Of a stretch of 64,000 bases of DNA, positions 47,691-59,000 are shown piece by piece. The position numbers were made by a program, and so were the translations under genes. The notes beneath the pieces are model-generated. The model had not been told where the DNA came from. It saw nothing but the letters and a program-made list of their open reading frames with translations, and made no database searches. The DNA is taken from sequence record NC_019526.1, one strand, 5' to 3'. Numbering within the stretch: position 1 is the first letter of the stretch; the number at the start of each line of letters is the position of its first letter.

Positions 47691-50000
47691 ATGAATCTAC
47701 AAAAACTATTTAAAGTAAGCGATGATCTGGCAACTTCTCTTGGTCATACATATCTTACTATTGACCATATTAGTGCTACACTTCTTGAAGTTGATAGTAT
47801 TGTAGAACTATTCAATACCATGAATATTGATACAAATAAACTTCACAGTCGTGTGATGAATTTTCTGAAAAGTACTGAATATCCAAATCAACCGGCTAGT
47901 ATGTCAGCTAATGGGACTAACAGTAGTTCTTTGTTGGTAAATCGCGTATTCAATGAACTGTCAAAAAAATCAGTTATTGAACAACTTAAACGTGATGATT
48001 TTACAATTGATTCATACTTTGTACTATTTGAATGCTTGTCTTTCCCTAATACAGCACTAGAAGCTGCGTTAAAAGAAGAAGGCGTGTCTCGCACTGAAGC
48101 AGCACGTGCATTACAAAAACATGTGGCGAAAATCGATAGTTCCATCAATCTACAAAGTATTGCTGAAGATCCTAATTCATCAGATAAGAAAGCGACGGCG
48201 GGACAAATGAATGCAATTAAACAAAAAACTCTAGAAGATTTTACTGTAAACCTGACTAAACTTGCACAGGAAGGTAAACTTGACCCAATGATCGGTCGCC
48301 AAAAAGAACTTCAATCACTAATTGAAGTAATGGCACGTAAAAACAAAAAGAATGCTATTCTTACTGGTGATGCAGGAGTCGGTAAAACTCAGATCGTCGA
48401 TGGTTTTGCACAAGCCATTGCTGATGGTGACGTACCTGACTATCTGAAAGGTGTTGAGGTATTATCTCTTAACGTTTCTGCTGTAACTGCTGGTACAAAA
48501 TACCGTGGTGAATTCGAAGAACGTATGGAAGGTATTATTAAAGAACTTAAAAAACGAGAAAATGTAATTTTGTTCATTGATGAAGTACATATTATGATGG
48601 GTGCTGGTGGTAGCAGCACTGGATCTATGGATATGAGCAATATCATGAAACCTGCACTTTCACGTGGTGATATTCGTGTTATCGGTGCAACAACTTATGA
48701 GGAATATCGCCAGAACATTGAAAAAGATGCTGCATTTTCCCGCCGCTTCACTAAAATTGATGTAGTTGAACCTAGTATTAACGAAACACGTGAAATTATT
48801 AATGGTCTGAAAGGTACTTATGAAAAATATCACAACGTAACATTCAGTACTGAAACAATTAACTCAATCATTAATCTGAGTTCTAAATTTTTACAAAATA
48901 AAAAGTTTCCAGATAAAGCAATTGATCTGATGGATAGTGCTGCTGCTAAAATTCGTTCAGAAAAACGTTCAGATCTAAAAGTGACGGTACGTGATATTGA
49001 AGAAGTTGTGTCCAGAATCACAAACCTTGATATTAGTGTTATTTCTTGTACTGAAAGTGAACGCATGAATAATCTACCAGATGTTCTACGTTCGCGTGTA
49101 TTTGGTCAAGATGAAGCAATTGAAAAATTGGTCGATAACGTTATGGTTGCACGTGCTGGGCTACGTGATAAATCAAGTGTTCAGGGTGCTTTCATGTTTG
49201 TTGGACCATCTGGTACTGGTAAAACTGAAATCACAAAAGCACTTGCTGAAGCAATGGGTTCTGAGCTAATTCGTTTTGATATGTCAGAGTTTTCGCAAGA
49301 CCACACTGTATCTAAACTTATTGGTTCACCTCCTGGATATGTAGGACATGAAACAGGCAATGGTCAGCTTCTTGATAAAGTTGAACAATTCCCTAATGCA
49401 GTACTTCTACTGGATGAAATTGAAAAAGCACATCCAAAAGTACTGCTGACATTCCTACAAGTATTGGATGAAGGGCGTTTGACTGGTTCACAAGGAAAAA
49501 CAGTTTACTTCAATAATATTACTGTTATTATGACTACAAACCTTGGAGCAGCAGATTCCAATAAACGTAGTATCGGTGTAAGTACAGTGGATTCTGCACA
49601 AGAAAAAGCTATTAAAGCATTTTTACCACCAGAATTCATCAATCGCATTGATAGTATTGTTAAATTCAATGAACTATCATCAGAAGCAATTGATAGTGTA
49701 ATTGACAAGTTTATGGGGGCATTGCGTGAACAAGTTAAAGAACGTGGAATTGAAGTGGTACTGACCAAACGTGCACGAGAATATCTTGCAGAGAATGGTG
49801 TTCAGAACGGCATGGGTGCTCGTCCAATGAAACGTTTGATTGAACAATGCATTCGTGTACCTTTGGCAAAAGAAATGCTTCTAGGCTCTCTGGTGAACGG
49901 TGGTAAGGTAACGTTTGATGTGATTGATGGTAAGATTGCAATTAAACAAAAAGTTAAAAAATCCACAAAGGAAATTGATTCAGCAGAATTAGAGGCGTAA
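47691..50000 (+). CDS. clpA: ATP-dependent Clp protease ATP-binding subunit (ClpA-like)
   Basis: two AAA modules (GDAGVGKT, GPSGTGKT), KYRGEFEER and GYVG pore loops, no ClpB M-domain, IGV ClpP-docking loop. Confidence 0.9.
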   Translation: MNLQKLFKVSDDLATSLGHTYLTIDHISATLLEVDSIVELFNTMNIDTNKLHSRVMNFLKSTEYPNQPASMSANGTNSSSLLVNRVFNELSKKSVIEQLKRDDFTIDSYFVLFECLSFPNTALEAALKEEGVSRTEAARALQKHVAKIDSSINLQSIAEDPNSSDKKATAGQMNAIKQKTLEDFTVNLTKLAQEGKLDPMIGRQKELQSLIEVMARKNKKNAILTGDAGVGKTQIVDGFAQAIADGDVPDYLKGVEVLSLNVSAVTAGTKYRGEFEERMEGIIKELKKRENVILFIDEVHIMMGAGGSSTGSMDMSNIMKPALSRGDIRVIGATTYEEYRQNIEKDAAFSRRFTKIDVVEPSINETREIINGLKGTYEKYHNVTFSTETINSIINLSSKFLQNKKFPDKAIDLMDSAAAKIRSEKRSDLKVTVRDIEEVVSRITNLDISVISCTESERMNNLPDVLRSRVFGQDEAIEKLVDNVMVARAGLRDKSSVQGAFMFVGPSGTGKTEITKALAEAMGSELIRFDMSEFSQDHTVSKLIGSPPGYVGHETGNGQLLDKVEQFPNAVLLLDEIEKAHPKVLLTFLQVLDEGRLTGSQGKTVYFNNITVIMTTNLGAADSNKRSIGVSTVDSAQEKAIKAFLPPEFINRIDSIVKFNELSSEAIDSVIDKFMGALREQVKERGIEVVLTKRAREYLAENGVQNGMGARPMKRLIEQCIRVPLAKEMLLGSLVNGGKVTFDVIDGKIAIKQKVKKSTKEIDSAELEA

Positions 50001-50004
50001 AAAC

Positions 50005-50036
50005 AAAAGGAGAGCATAAAAGCTCTCCTTTTTTTA
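50005..50036. terminator. bidirectional terminator
   Basis: AAAAGGAGAGC-ataaa-AGCTCTCCTTTT. Confidence 0.85.
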
Positions 50037-53000
50037 TTATATAACATTTAACAAGTTATTGAGTACCAAACCGTCAATTTTCAATGAATTAGCATACACA
50101 CTTACATCAATTGGTTTGTAATAATTTTTATAAACACTAAAATTAAGTTCAACACCAAGATTGATACCAGTGAATGTATATGTTTCACCTTTAGCAAAAT
50201 AGTGTTCAGCACTATACATATCTGAACGAAGGATATTGTTATTATTTCGCACATGAACTTTTTCATATCCAAGTACGATAATATCATCATAACTAGTACT
50301 ACCAGTAATGATATTATCCTTAACACTATATGTACCAACTGAAACTGGCTCCACCACATAAGTGGTATTTTCATTCTCAACTTTAGTAACACTGGTTACT
50401 GTACAAGTTGTATCACCGATATACACTTTATCTGTTAAATCATATGAGTAAGTCCATCTTACACCATCGAACACAGGTTTAATATCATCGACGCCATATT
50501 CATATACAGTAAACTCTAAACTTTCTGGAGTTCCAATACGAACCAGTTCATCTAATGTACCAACACCGGTATTTGGCATGAAATATCCACTATCAACCAC
50601 ACCATCAGAAGTTTCAACTAACTCATTAGAGATTAGCCAAACATCCAAATCTAATGGATCTATTTCATCCGTGTAATCACCATTATTCAAAGAAATATCA
50701 TAGAATACATCATAGTCCATAACATCAACTCTGTAATTTCTTATACTTTCATACAACAAATCACCATTGTTATTGAACTCATGGTCTGCAAAACTTCTAA
50801 TACGAATAACATTTATACTTGTTTTTGTATAAGGTTCACCAGTATTATTAGTGGTTAAATTATTAAACTCAAGTTTATTTCCATTTGAATCAACCAAAGA
50901 ATAAACTCCGTTATTAAGCTCAACTTCAAACATAATAGGTCGATCATTCTCTTTGATTTTATCAGTACTGAGAATAAGTTCATGAGTAAAGTTCTGGTAT
51001 CTGTAATAATCATCACCATCTGGGGTAAACACCATAACTTTATCACCACTATTGAGATTACTATTTTTCATCAAGAATTCAGTACTGCTTATAATACTAT
51101 CAATAGTACTGATATAATTATAAGAGTCTTTCTTAATTACTGTGCGGTTTACATAGTTTTGTACCAGACTATATGGAGGAATGCTCACAATAGCTTCTGT
51201 ACGCTTGTATGGATTGAGAACAACAAAACCCTCTATCTGGAATCGACTAAAGTCTTTAATCTGCTGTAGAGATGTAGAATCGTTACTATAACCATCTACT
51301 GTAAAACGCATTTGTGAAATAGCATTAGCACTTGGGTTCAACTCGGAAATATCAATGAAAACTGATTCAGTCAAATCACCTTCGTAGCTCAGTGCGACAG
51401 TTTTATATTGAGATTCCAAACCTAAATTATCATAAGCATTCATATCATTATAATACTTCTGCCCCTTGATTCCCTCAAGTACAACCATGTAGTCACTGTA
51501 CATTGGATTATTATCATCCATTTCCAGATCATCCATATCAATCTCAACTGCTGTAACTACTGAACCATCAGTAATGAAAAGATCTTCCATATATTCATCA
51601 ATGCTACGATCATCAGGAATACTAACATAACTACCGTTAATATTGAATCTAATATATTTTCTCGGGATCATTACAAATGCCTGAATATCCATTGATTTAC
51701 GATTACTATTCAGAATATCCTCTGCATATGCATAAGGATCATCACTGTCTTTATCAAACGTGTTACGAATAGCAGTTAGTACATGAATAGCATCTTTGTA
51801 ATAACGACCCTGAGAATCAATATCATATTTGAAACAATAGATACCGTATTCAATTTCCATTACGCTTCTGATGGTTTCTTCATCAGCATCTGGTGTTTCT
51901 TCCAAAATAAGTTCTCTATAATGGGTGAATAAATCCTCACTAATTTCAAAATATCCCATGTTGAAGTCAGAACTTGAACTAAAACCAAAAGGTAATCTCG
52001 TATTCGGATTATCATTGTAAATTTCACCACTCAGACCACAACCAATGGTATCATGGATTACATCTGAACTCATTGAACTATAAAGTTTTAATCTATTACT
52101 CAATGTATTATATTGTGAATACATTCTAACATCTTGTGTTAAGTTAGAAGTACTATACAATTCAGAAGTGATTCTGTCTAAATCAGAAGTGAAACTTTCA
52201 GTTCTTTCAGCATCATCAACGTTCAATTTATACCATGCATTGATAGCATCAACTAAATCCAGGCTTGTATCAAAATCAGAATATAGTTCAAACATATCAA
52301 CAGAAATCTGAGTATAAATTTCATCTACCTCAACAACTGGTAGTGTATACTTGAAACGCTGGATTTCATAGTACTGTACATTATCATCAGAATTACTTAC
52401 ATACTTAGCATTGTTCTCTTCCAGACTTGTAACATCATATAAATCACTATCAGGCTGGCATTGAACATTATCAAATTGCATTGAGATATCAATTTCCTGG
52501 AATTTTCTATCTGGGTAAACGAAGTCGTTTGGTATTGAACCAACTACCACCCATTGTCCAGTACTTTCATTATATTCAGCATATTCATGATCCCAAATAT
52601 CAGATTGTGTTTTAACCCAAATTGTACCGTTATATTCATAACCATTTGGATCTAAATCATTACAAACACCATAAACATAATCAGTGTCGGATGTTTTCTG
52701 TTCAATTTGAGAACGAATTTTAGTCCTGTACGGTTTAACTTCATTGAAATATTCAATAATCTGATTAATCAATTCGTCATTAGTGTAATTTTGTTTAAGT
52801 GATTGTTCTAACCCAACAATATAAATGTATGAAGTTTTGAATACCCAATCAACCACACCCTGTTCAACGTGTACGTATTTAACCATGTCAAATACAATAT
52901 TACTTTGAGCTAAATCGAATGTATTTTTGATTAAATCTAATGCACTTCTTACATTAATTTCCTTGTTGCTTAAAGAACCATCACTGTTATAAACTTCATA

Positions 53001-56000
53001 CCCATCATATAAAGATGAATTAAGAGCGATTGTGCTGTTTTGACGCCCAATAGCATTCCAGAATACAGTATTACGTGATGATGTTTTCACATACATTGTC
53101 CATCCATCTGAATCAGTGATTCGAATAACATCACCAACTTGATAGTTTTTGGTATTAGCTATATCCAGGCTGGCTTCCTGAGTATAATCAGTATTTTCAT
53201 CATACCCATCACTATACCAGTCAGCATATTCCCAGTACTGGGTCATGTCAAGAGAAGTACCAAGTGATTCAACATAATCACTCTGTTTAATCATACTATG
53301 TTGTCCTTCACCTAGACCTTCCAGTGTGATTGTTGATGGATTAGCATCAGTACTCTTTGTAGTCATGAATCTTATATAACCATTACTATCGTAGTGGACG
53401 AAATATACTGAAGTTGTATCTAGCGGGGATGGTAATACACCAGTACTACTCAAAATTACTGCATCGTTTTCATCGAATTTATCAAAATCAGTTGAGACAA
53501 CAAATTCGTTATTGTATGCCAGAACCCTGAATGTAACTGAATTTTCATTCACCTCAGTAGTTTTAACATTGAAAACTTCACTCATTAATACCGTATCAGT
53601 TATGATATTTTGTGTTTTGTAATAATTATTTGCACTATCTACAAACGTTCTGCGAGCTTCAATCAAATCCATAAACCAGGTTTTAGATGAACCCAACCCT
53701 AATTCTACACCAGGATAAACAATTTCATTTACTACACCACTCTTTGTGGTTTCGTGTCCTTTCAGAGAATTCCACAGAGAATTCCATATATCTGAATTGA
53801 AATTGTAGCTATCTCCTTCTTTACATAGCTGATATTGTTCATGTTTAATAATATCAACACTATCTTCATGATAAGAAACTGTCAAAATGCTGGTATCATC
53901 AGTAATTTCATATTGCATATTACTAAGAATGAATGAATTCTCGTTAATTGGTGCAAACCAAGGAACGTCCAGTAAATGTGGATCTTTAATAATACGTGCA
54001 ATATCAGTACATGATTTACTTCTGGTGTTAATTGGTGGTACATAAATTGTATCTCTTACCCAGAAATAATAATACGTAACATATGAATCAGTTGTTTCAT
54101 CATACTCAATGAATGAAGTATAATTATCCATGATTGCAGTACCAGAAGGTATATACATAGTGTTATTTTTATTATTTTTAGTTTGTTCCTGACAGTATTT
54201 GTCCCAATTATATGGCTGTACTGGAGATTTAACCCACTCAAGAACATTAATATCACTATGTGGTAGCAATCTACCCCAGTTATAACGACGATATTCATTT
54301 GTAGCATCTTCATCAATGTCACCATTCTCATCCAGTACTGGGCGAGTGTAATCCAAATAAAATGCAGTACTGGTGTCCCACCATACTTGACCAACTTTCT
54401 CAGAACCCCATGCTTGAAGAGTTTCTCCATTGCTATTGTACTGAGCAGGGTCTACTGGAGAGATATAAGATACATCTTTCATTGCAGTCCCAGGTAAAAC
54501 ACCATTAATTGGGTCAAATATATTAAGATATAATTCAGTAATGTTTGTTTTTGAATTATAAGTAGATGGTCTATCAAATAAAGTACTATCTGGAACATCA
54601 AAACTGTATTTTTTATCAATATATGCCTGGCGTTCGGTTGTATCACTGAATCTGGATGTATATTTGTACAGTTTTGGTCTTGTATCTGGATCAGTGAAAT
54701 TAATTGTGATACTTGTATCAAACGGAACAACAATTTTAGTTTTATCATCACCTGCCGTGAAATATTGACTTTCTACTGTTAATGCATCTGGCATAAAATA
54801 TGTATCATCAACAAAATAATAATAATCACCATCATCTAATGGAGCTTCGGCATCTAATTGAACAGTACAGTACTGTTCAGCATAAGTATCAGTATTTTCA
54901 ATTGGAGTAATTGATAACATAGATACACCAGTATCAACTAAATCAAAAATGTTCCATTCCTGATTCATATCAACGAACATCCACACTGAATCTGGATTTT
55001 CACCATTATTTTTAATATAATTCATGCGGTCTTCATATGAATCCTGATAAGTCCATGTAGTATAAGATACTTCATTTAAATTAACTGGGCCAATATCAGG
55101 TAAATGGATATTATCACTCTTTCCTGAACGCATCGGGAAGCGGAATTTACCTTTAGGACGAGTAATCCATCTGGAATCTTCACCTTGTGAACCATAATAA
55201 ACTATTTCAGTACTACTTGTACTTGTATTAACATCTTTATTAAACGTAACCAGTTGTGGTTCTTGTTTAAAATCACTGTTAATTAATTGAAATTGTAAAT
55301 TTTTCTTGGCATTAACGTTTCCATAAGTACCAACTTTAAAAGCCCACTCTTGTAGTGCTTTATATTCATCAGTATTATATGATTTAGATACACGAAGAAC
55401 GCGTTCCATTACCAAATTAGAGCCTTTATCTCTAATAAAACCACGATAAAAATCAACACGGTTGGGATTATTAGTGATCATTTGCTGTAAGTAATCACGA
55501 GTTTGATATCCAATAACATGAGTACTTAGATCATACAGTTGAACATCAGAAACAGGATCATTTGAATCATAATAATGTTGGAAATTAGTAACTAATGTTT
55601 CAAATGATGGTAATGTACCAGCTTCAAGAATTATAAATCCGGGTGCTTGTAGGCGACCAACCCAGTTATCAGTGATATAACCGTACATTTTCACCAATTC
55701 CTGAATAGAACCGAATGTAGGTTGATAAATGCTATCACCAAAAATAGTTTTATCATCAAATACCACTGCATGTTCCCATGAACATACACCTAAACGAACC
55801 AACGCCATGCGTTTATCGGCATCTTCATTAACTCTAACAGTGAAAACATTACCAATTCTTGATGTTTCAACTTCATATGGGTAGATACCACTGTTATCAT
55901 CGTCCAACAGACTCCAGACACCACCATTTGTTTCACTAATACTTTGTACTGAGCCAAAATAAGTTCCGAATTTGGCATTTTTAGAGCTTGGTGTACATGA

Positions 56001-59000
56001 AATGTAATCACCAATGGTTAAATCTGTGGTACTCCATTGTAAAAAGTACTTAGCAATAGTAGACCAGTCCTGTTGTACCCCAGTGTCATCAACATCTTCA
56101 AAAATCCATCCATGTTCAACAAGATATTGACCATATCCACACAGGAATGTATAAACATCCTGGAATGTGTTAAGAATAGATCCATATTCAAGCGTATCAT
56201 CTTCTTTCCATTCCATATAATGAACAACAGTGCGATTTCCTTCCGTTACGGTTACTTTTTTACCATTTTTAACTGGTAATTTATAAGTAAACGTAGCATT
56301 AACCAAATCATAACCTTTAATAATATAATTACTACCATTGAAAGTGATTTTAACTGCACTAAGAACTTCATTTTTGATATTATTAGAGCGTACCAGTCCG
56401 ATTGTTTGGTTTTCTTGTGAAATTAAACCAAACGATTCAGATGTAAATGTTAATTCATTGCTCTTTGTAAATCCACCAAGCTTGTGTGCAATACTGATGT
56501 ATGAAGTTCTAACTAAATCACCATATTTTGAAGTAATATTCTTACTTTGATAGGTTAAGTAGTTACTAACAGCCATTTGATAACCAAGAACACGAGTATT
56601 ATTTTCACCATGAACCACCGTATCTGAATTAAAATTCAGTCGAGTTCTGGTTTCTTTGTACTGCAATTGTAAACCACCATTTTTTACAGTTTTTAGTGTA
56701 TCATTTAGTGTATCCCAGAAATAATTACAGAATTGTGCTGGTTTTGCACGATATATCTGCATCATTACATCATAACTAAACATTGCGTTATTCATATAGG
56801 TGAATTCGTTGTCACCCATATCACCATAAGACCATGGTGCACTGCGTTCTTTGATCGTACCTTTTACTAAACCAAGAACGTCAGGTTGAATATAATCAAC
56901 GGTACAAATTTCTTTACCATTAGTTGAATATTCACCTGTTTTAGTAATTACAAATGGTTGAGTACCAAAACGCTTGTACTTATCATGCTGTCCCTTACGA
57001 TCTCCATATAAAATGGTACCAGTACTGGCATCACCTTTAACACCATTAACATCCCAAAGACCACTTGGTACTAATTCACCACTTTCATTAACAACCAATG
57101 ATTCATATACATATAAAATGTCATCTTCATTCGTTCCTACCTGAACTTCAGTTGGTTCATATTCCTGATTCCACCAGGTTGGACGAACACCAAAGCCAAA
57201 CATTTCCCATGGATGAGTTGCAGGGCGATAAGTCCCGAACTGATCAGTATATATGGCACGCCAAGAACCACGTGCAGGAAAATCGGTAATTACACCATTA
57301 ACTGTATAATAGGTACCACTATAATTCCACGTCATCCAGTTTTGTTGGTCATAATTATGAGTAGTACTGTCAATTCCGTTGGTTGCAATGAAGTTAATAT
57401 ACCCACGTAGTAATAATTCATCACGTTCTTCTGCACTATACTCAGTATCCCTGTAATATGGTGTTGGAAACAGATCTGAACTATCAAGTTCAGGTTGATA
57501 ATCTTCATCTTTGAAAGTATTATCAATACTGTTATAAATTCTATTCTCAAGTTCATAGATAACATCATCCATTTTATCTACACCGTTAATAACACGATAA
57601 GATTTGGTAATTTCACCAGTATGACGAATATTATACGGTACTTGTTTGGATGCAGCAGTCAGGTATACAGTTTTTTCTGGCTTATGTACTTTAAGAACAC
57701 CCATAAATTGTGGTGTAGGTGGAATAAAAGTACGAATTGTAGTTGTAGTACTCCCTACGCCATCGTAATAGAACGCAAAAGTAGAATCTTTACCAACATT
57801 AATGTTACTCAAAATAGTATCACAAATATCACTACTTGAAGTGCTTAAAAATTTACTTGGGTCTTCTTTATACATATTAAGCATGTAGTTTTCAAATCTG
57901 TTATTAAAACGAAGATATTCACCTTGTAAAAACATTAATGCTTCAAAAAGATCAATGTCACTATTAGCAGTATGTGCCATTAGTGGAAGTAGTGATCCTT
58001 CGTTTTGAATAATTTTAGTACCAACAGCATTATCAACTAACCCTTGTTCAAGACGTTCTTCATAATTATTGATATTATCCACGGCACCAGATGTGATATT
58101 TTTTTGTACAATTTCCTGAAAATGTAAAGTATAATTACTTTGATCAATATAAGAAATATTATCACTATATGGGTTATTTTGTAAATTTACTGGAATTTCA
58201 TAACTACCAAGATCGGTATCTGGTACTTCAGTACTACTATAAGTTCTGATTTGAATTACGCTTTCGGAGTCTAAATCAACTGAATCACCAATGGTGATGC
58301 TTTGTACTTTACCATTAGACACATTTCTAGTATAATCTTCAACTACAACACCATTGACCTGAATTTCAATGATATCTGAACTACCATCAATGACTTTTTG
58401 TGCCAGTTCATAACTGCGGTTATACAATTCACTCTGGATACCTTCAGTGTTTACCATATGCCAGTCATAATAAGTTTCAGATTTTTCTTTGTAGTATTGA
58501 TAGGTTGCATTGGTTTCAATAACATATGCATACATACCATCAATGGCTTGACTGGAAAAGCTTTCCATTTCATATACAGTACTGAACACTCTGTACATAT
58601 CAGTGCGTTCAACTTGAGGTGTTTGTTTTACAAATTGTTTAGAAAATTCAGTACTACGAACCCAGTCAGTTTTTAATACACTATCTTCATCACCAATGAT
58701 ATTGTAATAATAAAATCCTGGGATTTCTTTAGTTTCACCAGAACTGATGTATTCATAACGAGTACTTTCAATAAAATTTTCGTATATATAATAATTATAA
58801 TCACCCAATTCTACATTATATCCATAATAACTATCAACTTTGTAGTTGTAGTTAATTTTTAGTCCAAACAGAGAAGAACCACTGAAGGTACTTGACGGAT
58901 ATACAGTACTATCTTGTAATTTTACACCATTTCGATCATATAACTGGAAAAGAGGGAATGCATTTGTTCCATTCTTTTTCTGAGTTGTAATCCAGTTATG

